Shown here piece after piece: positions 1-11,624 of a stretch of 64,000 nt of DNA. The number at the start of each line of letters is the position of its first letter. Within the stretch, counting starts at the first letter, position 1. The notes under the pieces are model-generated. The model made no database searches. It had not been told where the DNA came from and worked only from the letters and a program-made list of their open reading frames with translations. This stretch comes from Scyliorhinus canicula (taxonomy: Eukaryota): NCBI RefSeq assembly GCF_902713615.1, contig NC_052154.1, positions 91,891,030-91,955,029 of the forward strand, given 5' to 3'. Made by a program: the position numbers and the translations under genes.

Positions 1-876
1 CATCCTTGTTGCAAACCTCTCGGGGTTAGGTTTGTGATCGGGGGCAGAGGACGGTAGAGGACACAATCCCAGGAGACCCTACAAGGCACAAGACATGATA
101 CATAATTGGATTGCAGATGTTGTGGGTGTTGTGTTCGTGAATTAGTGATGGAAGGGGTTGTTGGGGTGCTGGGGTAGTGTGGATAGAGAGGGTGTGTGGG
201 AATGTTGCTGAATGGGGCGTGTGCGGGTGCTGTTGTGGGTGCTGACACACATGCTACAGGGAACTACAACTCAACGGGGTCTCACTTGCTCGCCTTATGT
301 CGGCCTCTAACACAGTGTCTGCCCTTTCTCCGGTACCAACACCCAGTCCAGTGCCCGCTGCTGGACTGCAATGAGGAGGGGCAGGCCTGTCTGTCCCCCC
401 CCCCCCCATTCTGTTCCCTATCCGGCAGTTGTGGGCCGCCTTCACCTTGGGGGAGGGGGGCAGAAAATTCACTGTGTTAGGCAGTTGGACGCATGTAGCA
501 CAGGGGTGTGTAGCTGGTAGCTTTTGTGGCCAATGCACCGGGTTATGATGGGTGGTATGGGTGTTGGCATTTGGTGCAGGTAGGGGGTTCGCTCAACCTG
601 CGGGTGGGGGGGGGGGGGTTGTGGCGGGGTTACGAGTGTTTGGGACGAGGGTTGGTGTTCAGGGCACAGTGCTGCATAATCAAGCTGGCCTCACTGAGGA
701 GATCATGCAATTTTACAACACTGCTCTCCTGTCCAAGCAGTGGGCTCCGCAGCACTCAGAACCTCCACCATCAATGCCCAGGTGCAGTGTCCGGAGGCAT
801 TCATTAACTGGCGTGCATAAATGTCAGAAACGCCCCCCTTTTAAAGTGCAACCTGTCGTAGTGAAGGTGCATAAAG
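1..876 (-). mobile_element. PIF/Harbinger remnant: degraded exons of the Myb/SANT accessory gene
   Basis: Minus strand at about 680-800 reads ...VEVLSAAEPTAWTGEQCCK.LHDLLSEA, like the Harbinger Myb exon 1 motif RTGxQCRKKLHDLLR. About 330-400 resembles exon 2 (GG...QQRALD). Confidence 0.6.
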
Positions 877-1136
877 GGGACATAGCCTCAAAATAAGGGG
901 AAGTAGATGTAGGACTGGGTTTAGGAGGAACTACTTCACCTCAAAGGGTTGTGAATCTATGGAATTCCTTGCCCAGTGTTGCAGTTAAGGCTCCTTCATT
1001 AAATGTTTTTAAGGAAAAGATAGATATTTTTTGAAGAATAAAGGGATTAAGGGTTATAGTGTTCGGGCCGGAAAGTGGAGCTGAGTCCACAAAAGATCAG
1101 CCATGATCTCACTGAATGGCGGAGCAGGCTCGAGGG
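877..1136 (+). mobile_element. CR1 LINE fragment (end of ORF2 plus 3' UTR) lacking the terminal tail
   Basis: Near-identical to the reverse complement of 2383-2642. Confidence 0.9.
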
Positions 1137-2340
1137 ATTGATAGGGAAGTTGTTCGCACAGTGATGGGAGGGAGAGGGTGTGTGTGGGAACGAGGGAACG
1201 ACTAAGGTTAGTGTGAGGGATCGCCGTGCGGGTGGGGCCTTTGCAGGTTGGCTTTGGCGATGGAAGGTGGATCTCGAAGGGTAACCTGTGTGTTTGTGTG
1301 GCAAACGGGGGCTGGATGGCTCCCAAGTGAGTCTCGTTCTGTGTTCTTTCAGCATTTAGTCTGGAGTTTGAACTGGTTATTCTCCTGCTAACCGTTTCAC
1401 AATAACTATTAGGTTGTAACTGGCAGTGCCTTGCAAAAGTAGTGGGTGGGGTTCGCCGCTTGCCAACGTCAAAATCGCGAAGTGCGATTGGGCAGATAAT
1501 GTCTTCCCATGCCAAAATCGTGGTAGGCACTTTTTTGACATCAAATCAAGATGCTCCAGCACACCGCAAATATGGTAAATACGTCGCTCACTGCACGGGG
1601 TGAAAGTACAGTGGGAAAATCATTTTCGGGCCTGACACCCTCTTCTCCGGGGCATCAGAGATTCACTGCCTCCGATGGGCCGAGTTCCCGACAGCGTGGT
1701 TCATTTGTGGTTTCCAAAGTCATGAACCTGGCGTTGCGGCTTCTGGGCTGCTGAGCTAAAGAGTGCGGAGGCAGGAAATGACGTGGAGTAACTGGATGCT
1801 GCCGGTCCGGACACCAACCGTGCTCACTGGTGTGGGGGCGCCCCTGCCAGGGAAAGGCTAGCGGAGGGGGGGGGCATTCCGAGCAGCCGGGCTGCCCCCC
1901 CCCCACCCAGGACTGGGGCGATGCCCAGGCACGGACTGCCATTGCGGGTGCCATCTTGCTGCGCACCAGCCACCTCGGCCCCGGTTCTGCACAGTGACAC
2001 CGGTCATCTGGTGCAACCACACCCGCCACACACCCCCTGCCACAGCTCGCACCCCACCTCCAAACACCCAACCCATCCGGCCAGCACGCATCAGCAGACC
2101 ACCCAGGGCCACACCTACAGCAGCTCCCAGTAAGGGCAGTGCCAGCCAATGGTACATCTGGCAGCAGGGAGTGGCACCAAGATCATGGGCACTGATGGTA
2201 TCGGATACCGACGGGCCAGGGCTTCGGGGGGGGGGGGGGGGGGTTGAAGGATGGACATGCGTGTTTGGAGCCCGACTGCCAACCAGGGCCACCGTGTAGA
2301 TCATGGAACTTGGTTGGACACGGGAGTATGTTCCATGCTA

Positions 2341-3250
2341 ACATAAGAACATAAGAACTAGGAGCAGCAGTAGGCCATCTGCCCCTCGAGCCTGCTCCGC
2401 CATTCAGTGAGATCATGGCTGATCTTTTGTGGACTCAGCTCCACTTTCCGGCCCGAACACTTTAACCCTTAATCCCTTTATTCTTCAAAAAATATCTATC
2501 TTTTCCTTAAAAACATTTAATGAAGGAGCCTTAACTGCAACACTGGGCAAGGAATTCCATAGATTCACAACCCTTTGGGTGAAGAAGTTCCTCCTAAACC
2601 CAGTCCTACATCTACTTCCCCTTATTTTGAGGCTATGTCCCCTAGTTCTGCTTTCACCCACCAGTGGAAACAACCTGCCCGCATGTGTCCTATCTATTCC
2701 CTTCATAATTTTAAATGTTTCTATAAGATACCCCTTTTCCATCTAAATTCCAACGACTACAGTCCCAGTCTACTCAACCTCTCCTTATACTCCAACCCCT
2801 TCAGCTCTGGGATTAACCTAGTGAATCTCCTCTGCACACCCTCCAGTGCTAGTATGTCCTTTCTCAAGTAAGGAGACCAAAACTGAACACAATACTCCAG
2901 GTGTGGCCTCACTAACACCTTATACAATTGCAACATAACCTCCCTAGTCTTAAACTCCATCCCTCTAGCAATGAAGGACAAAATTCCATTTGCCTTCTTA
3001 ATCACCTGTTGCACCTGTAAACCAACTTTCTCTGACTCAGCGGCATGCTTTAATATTTTAGCGTTTAAATAATAATCCCGTTTGCTGTTATTCCTACCAA
3101 AATGGATAACCTCACATTTTTCAACATTGTATTCCATCTGCCAGACCCTAGCCCATTCACGTAACCTATCCAAATCCCTCTGCAGACTTCCAGTATCCTC
3201 TGCACTTTTCGCTTTACCATCATCTTAGTGTCATCTGCAAACTTGTTCAT
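2341..3250 (-). mobile_element. CR1 LINE, 5'-truncated, with RT C-terminus and 3' tail
   Basis: ORFs 2757-3173 (MEYNVEKCEVIHFG...[13 protein letters not shown]) and 2485-2742; FADD at about 3230-3245; acataaga-type tail repeat at 2341. Confidence 0.95.
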
Positions 3251-3268
3251 CTTCCACCCCTGCAGACA

Positions 3269-4560
3269 ATGAAGTTTGGTTTTCAACCAGCAATGCTGGC
3301 CGCTGTGGTGATGGTCCTCGCTCTGTGAGATGCCCTGTGGTTGCGTGAGTGGGAGCCGCTCAGAGAGGAGGGGGAAGCTGCAGCAGCAGAGAGGGCAGCA
3401 GCGGAGGGGCCAGCAGCGGACCGTGCTGCAGAGGAACCGGTTGCAGACGACAGGGCTGCGCAGGAATTGGCTGCAGAGGAACGTGCTGCAGAGGGGCAAG
3501 TGGCGGCCTCACAGGCTGGAGGGCCACCCACCCAACAGGGTGAGGAGGTGGAAGTGTGATGGTGCCGCCACATGAGGGCTCGGGAGTACCGCCGCCACCT
3601 GTCATTTGAGGACATGCTCTTTCGGACATGCCATTGGAAAGTCCTGATGAGCAGAGATGACGGCATACCTGGCACTGCAGGGGTGTGGGGGAGTCCACCC
3701 GCTCGTGGTCACCATTAAAGTGACGGTCGCCCTGAACCTCTACACGATGGTGTCCTTCCAGTCGCCGAGTGGGGACATGTCCAGAATCTCACAGACCTCG
3801 GCGCACAGGTGCATCCATGCCGTCATGGGCGTCCTATGTGTTCAGGACAATCATCGCATCAATTTCCTTGTGGACCAAGGGGCGATAGATGGGATGCACA
3901 TCGCCACATGGGCACCTGGGGATAACTGGTCACTGTAACGGTAATCAAAGGAAACCGAAGGGGTTACTACTCAATGAACATCCAGCTGGTCTGGTCAGTG
4001 ACCATCAGCTGCGCATTGTGCACCTCTGCATCCGATATCCGGGCACTGTGCACGACACCTTCATTCTGCCACACTCAATGATTCCTGACATGTTCGAGGG
4101 GCACACCGCTCCTGGATGAGGGATTGGTTCCTTGGTGACAGTGGTTAGCCACTGCGGCCATGGCAAATGATACCTTTCCGGAGGCCAGAAACGGACGCAG
4201 ATATCCGCTACAACGATGCCCATACAACGTCCAGGAGTGTGATCGAACGGTGCTTCAGAATCCTGAAGATGCCCTTCAGGTGCCTGAACAGCTCTGGAGG
4301 AGCCCTCCAGTACAAGGCTGAGAGGGTCGCCCGCATTGTGGTGGCCTGCTGCATCCTGCAGTACATGGCACAGCAGAGGGTCAATATGCTGGAGGAGGAG
4401 AATGAGGGCAAAGGGCAGGCCTGGTCTGATGAGGAGGATGTGGGAAAGGGAGACGATGAGCATGGCCATGGGGCCGGGTTGGTAGGGAAGCCCACACCAC
4501 GTCGTCACCAGGGGCAATGCACAAGGGACTCTCTGATCACATCGATGTATACCAACTCGG
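3269..4560 (+). pseudogene. Harbinger DDE transposase pseudogene (stops and frameshifts)
   Basis: Motifs IKVTVALNLY, SGDMSRISQTSAHRCI, RYPGTVHDTFIL, RSVIERCFRILKMPFRCL, GGALQY; Ala/Glu-rich N-terminus. Confidence 0.92.
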
Positions 4561-5417
4561 GGAGTAGTGGGTGTGGAGGGGGCGGGGGGGGGCTGCTGGT
4601 CAGCTGCATGGAGACCACATCCCAGACGCACATCCCCTCAACCACACTGGTGTTCGGGCTGCTCTCCCCATCAATGCTTGGCTGCCGCGGGGGGGGGGGG
4701 GCGCAATATCTCTGGCACTAGCTGGGGGCAGAGGGCTCTAGATGGATCGGCTCTATATCTGGAAGATCCTGTAAGACACAAGACAACATTTATGTTTACA
4801 CAGCAGGCCGGGGGTGGGGGAGTGTGGCCGGTTTGAGGGGATTGGGTCAGGGGAGTGACGGTGTGACGAGTGAGCTGGGCGTGGTCTGAGTTGAGTGAGG
4901 GGTGAGGGGTGTTCTGTTTGAGGGATGATACGGGTTGAGGGGGGTGAGTGGAGTGGGGTGGGGGGGGGGGGCGGGTGTCCACACTTGTGTCATGAGGATA
5001 CGAAATAAGCAGGGCCTCATTTCCTCGCACCACCGAACTCTGCTTCGGTGACCTCCCATTCCTCGGGGCAACCGATCATGTCGAGTGTCGTTCTCTCGGA
5101 CATGGTGAGTGGCCATAGTTCTGGTAATCCCCCTCTGGCCTTCTTCTACTACTGGCGGTTGTCTGTAGCATTCTCCTGAGGGGGCGGGGCGGGGGGGGGA
5201 GGGTCACAAATAACAACACCGTTCGATGGCCTGATGCACGCAGCCCAGGGGTTGGGTAGATGGTGGCCTCGGTGGCCAGGGCACCCAGCCATGGTGGCTG
5301 GCATGGATGATGGCATGTGGGGCAGGGTTGGTTTTGCACGTCCCCTGGGGTGAGGGGCCGGGTTACAGGTGTGTGTGGGGCGGGGTTAGTGCCAGGAGCA
5401 TGGAGCAACCAACTCAC

Positions 5418-5650
5418 CGTGCCCACGCTGAGGTGGTTGTGGAGATTCTTTCGGTACTCCTGGCCAGTTCGGGCGATATTTCTCATGGCGCTGAACGCCT
5501 GTGCCACCTGCACCAAGGCACAGTGAATGGCAGCGCCTGCTGGCCTTCCTTCTGGGCCGGGGTACAGGGACATCTTTCTTTTCTCAATGGTGTCCAGGAC
5601 GGTGTCCACCTCAGCGTCCCTGACCGTGGCTCTGCTCTCATTACAGCCAT
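5418..5650 (-). pseudogene. Harbinger Myb/SANT-like DNA-binding gene, exon 1 remnant
   Basis: RDAEVDTVLDTIEKRKMSLYPG...VAQAFSA...RTGQEYRKNLHNHL followed by a gtgagt donor. Confidence 0.8.
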
Positions 5651-6287
5651 CTTGTTGACTCATATGGGAGTGTATAGGGATGGGCGGTTTAAGCGGGCTG
5701 TGGCATGTGAGCCACATGTGCTCCAATCATGGACCCAGCGAATCCACCACCCTTTTTAAGGGAATTGTTTGCATTCCACGTGCGATGGTGCTAGCCTGTT
5801 TAAAGTAGCTGAAGCGGTGCAGCTGTTGCTGCATTTGGTTCTGTTTTACAATGCCACGGCTCCTATGCCAGCTTTGGAATTTAGTCTCAAAATCAGAGAA
5901 ACCAGCCCTGTGATCTTAAATGCTTCTGTTGGATAGTGCCAAGTACAGCACAATTATCCAGAGGAAGTTATCACTTTTGGGCAATTCCCATGTAAACCCT
6001 TATGTGGCAACATCATGGAGGGATTCCCCAATGCATCATTGGGGTATCTCCTATATGGGACACTGGGGAACCAGGAAGATAATGGACAAAAAGTTTAAGG
6101 TTGGATTCTGAGAGTGTCAATTTCAGACTGTTGCTTACCAAGGCTAAGAGACAGTTTTCTCAAATATGTCACAATTCACGACATGTTTGTGAGGAAGGCA
6201 CTGTAGGACCGATACTGCAAACATGCATTCTCCATTTCTGTTGTAAAGTTCAAATTCGGCCGTCCAGTCTGTTTACTTCCTTTGACC

Positions 6288-6616
6288 GCACGGTAGCATT
6301 GTGGATAGCACAAATGTTTCACAGCTCCAGGGTCCCAGGTTTGATTCCGGCTTGGGTCACTGTCTGTGTGGAGTCTGCACATCCTCCCCGTGTGTGCGTG
6401 GGTTTCCTCCGGGTGCTCCGGTTTCCTCCCACAGTCCAAAGATGGATTGGCCATGATAAATTGCCCTTAGTGTCCACAATTGCCCTTAGTGTTGGGTGGG
6501 GTTACTGAGTTATGGGGATAGGGTAGAGGTGTTGATCTTGGGGAGGGTGCTCTTTCCATGAGCCGGTGCAGACTCGATGGGCCGAATGGCCTCCTTCTGC
6601 ACTGTAAATTCTATGA
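6288..6616 (+). mobile_element. HE1/V-SINE-type tRNA-derived SINE
   Basis: Head gcacggtagc...gttcgattcc-like boxes, core gtgtgcgtgggtttcctccgggtgctccggtttcctccc, CR1-like tail. Confidence 0.92.
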
Positions 6617-7065
6617 CCGATTTGATAACTACTGATAGTTTTTAGGTTCTGACACAGTTTAGTTGATCGCTAAATACGTTAATGTCCTTATCGAGTCACA
6701 TGTCGGTCAGAACGGTAAGAAAGGAAATTTTCTTCCCTGAGGACATGAGTAAATGAGTTGGGTTCTTCCTTCAATCCCTTGGTATAATGATCACCATTGA
6801 ATTTTCTTCCAGGTAAATCCCAGAGTCAGGACCTAATCACTGATATCTGAACACATGTTTAGAGAATGAATTATTCGTCACAAAGCATGAAATTATGACC
6901 AAAAACTGATTAATTGTTCCTTCTTTCTCTCTGTACATAACTGTCCCTCAAACTGCAATGACATATTCAGTAATTTCTCGGATTTTCGAGGGTTTGCTTT
7001 ACTCTGAATTAGTTATTTCCACTAGCATAATGGAGGGCATGCTCCCATTGAAATTATTGTTCACC

Positions 7066-7210
7066 TCACTTCGGTCCCAGGTTCGATCCCGGCTCTGGGT
7101 CACTGTCCTTGTGGAGTGTGCACATTTTCCCCGTGTCTCGCACTCACAACCCAAAGATGTGCAGGGTACGTGGATTGCCACGCTAAATTGTCCCTTAATT
7201 GGAAAAAATG
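7066..7210 (+). mobile_element. Truncated old HE1-type SINE
   Basis: ggttcgatcccggctctgggtcactgtc...tggattgccacgctaaattgtccc. Confidence 0.75.
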
Positions 7211-7460
7211 GATAGATACTCTAAAGATATGTGAAACAAAAGAAATTATTCAAACGGGAATACAAATTCTGAGTATATCAAATGGAATTTTGAAGATCTT
7301 GGAAATGCACAAATTTAATGTCAAAAACTATCCTTTGGGAGGTCTCGTGGTCGCAGGGTAACTCGAAATAATGAATGAAATCCTCATACACGCTGCAACA
7401 TGTTTACAAATCGCAGGCTTAAAAAAGGACAGTGGGCGAGGTTCCCCATTTCTGACACCA

Positions 7461-8080
7461 GTGGCTGGATTCTATGATTTTGAGGCTATGTCTGGAGATA
7501 GTTTCCAGTTTCATGATGAAAATCTCAGCGCTGACCAGCACCGATGCACCGCCCGGTGGGGGGCTAGAAGCTATGCCACGTAAACCGCCCAGCATTCCCG
7601 ACAGAAATGGCCAGAGAATAGCCGGGTCTGTGGCCACCCATGCGCATGTCGACTACCTGCAGCGGTCATGCCATATAACATGGCGCCAGCCATGCGAGGA
7701 CCCGGCCTTCAAATTGGTGCCCTCCTGTAACCCCCCTCAACACTCCTGGATTACCCCCACCAGTCCCCCCAACCGTCGCTGAACTCCCCCGTCCAGCAGA
7801 ACGGCCTCCATCTGCAGCCGCCACGTGAGGTTGACAAAAACCCGAGGGCTTAAGTGATCCTCGCCATCGGAACGTCGGCACATTGGGGTGGAGCATTGAA
7901 GGAGGGCCTCCACCTGCCATCCTGAAACCATCCTAACGGTGTGCAGCGTTCTCACTGATAATGCCATTTTGTAGGGGCGGAGCATCCGAAATCAGGCACT
8001 GCCCCCGATTTTGGCGTCATAAGGGATTCTCCGCCCCATCGCCAAGTAAGGTTTTGCCGTTGGAAACCGGGTATCTCGCC
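7461..8080. mobile_element. Non-autonomous Harbinger-derived element (MITE-like)
   Basis: Starts g(t)ggctggattctatgattttgag, similar to the reverse complement of the TIR region at about 5885-5908. Ends ...atctcgccc. GC-rich interior with no transposase. Confidence 0.55.
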
Positions 8081-8089
8081 CTAGGTGTT

Positions 8090-8590
8090 GACGTGAATGC
8101 AGAATTCGTGGACTTTCACGACAGCAAAACTGGTGCCACACACCTGGAATGTCTTCCCTACTGTTGAGGGGCTGGCATTGGTGCCACGTGGAATACTATC
8201 AATTCAAATGATAAATTATGCGTGCTGGACACCTTGCTGGATGGAGCGATCGATATCGCTGGACCCAGGCCCGGGAAGGAGGCTGCCAGCCACGACCGTT
8301 CATCATGCCTGTGCACAGGTGGCAGAGGCGATCAGCAACATGTGCAATGTGGTCCGGACTGGGCTGCAGTGTAAAAAAAAACTGCATGACCTACTCAGGG
8401 TAGCCAGGGTCAGTAGACAGCTCTGTTTCCATGTCACCAACACTCGTACCATAACTGTATTCCCCCAACACCCGCAGGGTGGCCTATCCCCCGCCCTTTC
8501 CACATGATGGTACCTGTACTGGCTGCCATGGCCGGGTGCCCTGGCAACTGAGGCCACCAGTTGCCCACCCAGTGGGCTGCATGCGTCAGA
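8090..8590 (+). mobile_element. Harbinger remnant with Myb/SANT exon 1
   Basis: PGPGRRLPATTVHHACAQVAEAISNMCNVVRTGLQCKKKLHDLLRVAR then a gtcagt donor. Confidence 0.8.
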
Positions 8591-8599
8591 CTGTGTGGC

Positions 8600-11500
8600 A
8601 CATATGTTTTATGTATGTTAGATGTAGAACTTGACCTTCAAATATGGTCGCCTTAGACTAACTTTGTTTTTTCTTAGCCTACTCGGTGTTAAGTGGCCGT
8701 CCTTGCTTCTGAGGGTCCGTCGAATTGCACCTAAATTCCAGTTGATTTTCCGCTATGTATTTGGTTGTCTGCCTCCATCAAATTTCTTCACATTAGACAT
8801 TATGTCATGTATACCTCATTGACTTTCCCTTAGGTCGACGTAAAATGTTTCTACTCATAATCTATTCGCAGGGATTCTTATTTAAAATGCCTTCCACACT
8901 CGTTATTTGGAGATACGCATCATATCTGGTCATTTGAATACAGGCTACAGCTCTCTCTCTGAGTTTCTACCGGTTGCCGGGCAGGTCGCATCCCAATACG
9001 TTTTATTAAATTCGCTTTACTACTGCTGCTGGACGAATTCATTAATTTGATAGACGTTTCATTTCTCACAACGTTCCTTATTTGTGCTATTTTATTAAAT
9101 TTTACAAACTTCAAGATAGTGGATTAAAAGAGAAGACAGTCCAGACAATTTGCCACTCTTCCCAGAAGTCTATTGTTATACTCGGGAAAAAGCATCCGCT
9201 CTGACGTTTACATCCCCGGCAATATTAAAGATTTTAAAGCGACATGGTTGCCAGAGAAAACTCCATTGGAATAACGGAAGATTCAGATCTTGAGATTTCT
9301 CCAGAAATTTCCAGAGTTGGCGTCCGTAGATATGATTGCCTCTGTTGTGTTTCCAGCAAGACATATCTCGAAATGTTGTAAAGGGAGAGAAAGTCCCTTT
9401 CTGCTAGTGCTTTCTACGAAGTCCCAAGTAGTCAATATTATTGCATCTTTGTGGGACATTTCACCATGTCCCAATATGTGTCACCGATGTGAAATTTTGG
9501 ATCTGAGCAAATCCGCTTTTGGCAAGGTTCGTCACAAGATTGGCTTCCTCCAAACGGCCCAAAGGCTCATTTAAGGTGGTATAGATGCTCTTCCCAATAC
9601 TGGCATTATGCCGCTTAGTCATCAACACAAGTCACACAGTACTCAGTCCTCGAATCTCTGTTTATGAACCTTTGAAACATTGTTGGGGCATTTTCATTCC
9701 AAATGTCCTTACTTTGAATGAAATCCTTGGGGCACTCTTCTGCCCTTCTATTCGGCAGTAAAAACCCTTTGGAAAGTCTATGTCGATGATGAATTGGGAC
9801 TATCCAGCATTTTCTGTGCAGCCATTCTATCGTGAAATATCAAACCATTCCCTCTGGGCTATGTAATTTAGCATCTGGAGCCCATACATAGTCTCTGGGT
9901 TCCATCCGGTTCAGGGACCATGATGAGAAGGGAGCCACAATCACTCGAATTCAATTCAATACTGCCAATCTTAAGCATATATCCAAATTCCTTCTGTACC
10001 TACGCTAGGTTAGCTGGACTTAACTTTTTAAAAATAAATTTAGAGTACCCAATTCATTTTTTCAAATTGAGGGACAATTTACCGTGGCCAAACCACCTAC
10101 CCTGCACATTTTTGGGTTGAGGGGGTGAGACCCACGCAAACTCGGGGAGAATCGGGAAACTCCACACGGAGAGCGACCCAGAGTCGGGGTCGAACCTGGG
10201 ACCTGCGCGCTGTGAGCCAGCAATGCTAACCACTGTGCCACCGTGCTGCTCAGCTGGACTCGACTTGTTTGGATGTTGTTTGATTTGAACGGTTTTCTAC
10301 ACATCGAACAGACCTTCCTATTCTACTTAGATTAGTCCCACAAATGGATTTATAGCACTGCAGTATCTGTCAGTTCGCTCTTGCTCTTATCGGAGAGATT
10401 ACTTAACCACTGGTTTAAATGGACCAGTGCTTCCTCATTGTCCTAATGAATTATTTGTAAAGCACTGTCAGAATTTGACCCCACGTCTTTCCCATGCTTC
10501 GTTACGAACAGGACCTCCAACTTGTTCTCATCTCCTCTGATCCAATATCTATTTAACATTTTCACATGGCACACTCTGTGTGATTTGCATGCATTTGGGG
10601 TGTGTCCCTGGTGGGTTTCCTCTCTACATTTCCTTTAAATGTAACATGCCCCAGTGAATATCGCTTTCTGGACTTCGCCAGACACAGGTAACAACAGAAA
10701 CACTCGTATCATGGGTGTAGAAGTCCATACCGGCCCGTCTTTTAATCCATGCTGGGTTTGGATTTGAATGTATTAATTGTGAGCCACTCTGCTTGAATTC
10801 AATGAATCTATTAGATGTGAATGCAGTTGTCTCGTACGACCTCATTCTCATTGAGCTTACTAACAATGATACCAGATAACGTGATCTCACTGGCCTCAAA
10901 TTGGCTGTAACAACTCCACCGTCGGTCATAGCTTATGATCCTCTAATGCATTCCAAGGCAATTGGGAAACGCTGTAGGGCATCCTGTTTATCTCTGGCAG
11001 GATTTTCTATTGGCTGTCTACTACAATAGGCATCAACACAATCTGTATCCTGAGGTATAATAACCTGGAATGAAACAATAGGCATCAATACAACATGGGA
11101 TCCTGCGATATAATGCTCTGGAATGAATTGAATGCCTGCAATGAGCTTGGTTTCTATTACGCATCTCACCATTACCTCTGTCTTTAAGCTTCTCTGAAAG
11201 TTTATCTTTAGCAAATAATTTATTTTGTGTTTATTCTATGTTATATAACTTCTGGACAACAAATATTTTAATGCCACATCATTCGAGATTGATTCGCGCT
11301 TGTATCTCGAAAATAACCAACTGGAAGTATTTTACGCTGTCACACAAATAATTTGAACACGTCCCCCACCTGCTGGGTGCTCTTCCTCTGTGGAAGTTGC
11401 ACATGCATCTTCGCTCTTTCGTCTGTTCCTTCACCCTGTGTACAAATAATATTTGCTTCGTCTGTTATCTAGTCTTTGCTTTTATATTTGCCATTTTGAG

Positions 11501-11620
11501 ATTGGTAACCTAACCCCTACCGACCGGCCGTTTAATCTCAAGCATAATGATTTTCAATGGGCCATATGTTTACAGAGAGAACATCTGGGAGACAATTCTC
11601 TGTTCAGAGACTAATTGTTG
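8600..11620 (-). mobile_element. Degraded Ty3/Gypsy LTR retrotransposon, Gmr1-type order (PR-INT-RT-RNaseH)
   Basis: Minus strand: protease RDTSANQS (about 11290) and GIQFIPEHYIAGSHV; integrase C-terminus HRVCHVKMLNRY (about 10555-10590); RT NLVTNLAKS (about 9530); RNaseH end FNIAGDVNVRADAFSRV* (9176); LTR-like sequence at about 8600-9000. Confidence 0.85.
10024..10249 (-). mobile_element. HE1-type SINE inserted in Gypsy pol
   Basis: Reverse-complement SINE head ...cactgtgccaccgtgctgc and core. Confidence 0.85.
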
Positions 11621-11624
11621 ACGT

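Larger units (their letters stand above)
1590..5908 (+). mobile_element. Degraded PIF/Harbinger DNA transposon with transposase (+) and convergent Myb/SANT gene (-), interrupted by CR1
   Basis: Contains transposase and Myb remnants. The right end gagaaaccagccc (about 5896-5908) is the reverse complement of a GGGCTGG-TT-CTC type terminal inverted repeat (TIR). Left end approximate. Confidence 0.8.

Noticed and set aside
6140-6201. Minus-strand exon-like segment with a gtaagc donor (possible leader MS*IVTYLRKLSLSL)
   Set aside because: Stops in all three frames and no downstream V exon identified.
10624-11214. Two in-frame minus-strand ORFs that looked like a novel or viral protein
   Set aside because: GIQFIPEHYIAGSHV and the upstream RDTSA match the Gypsy protease region; the ORFs lie within the degraded Gypsy.
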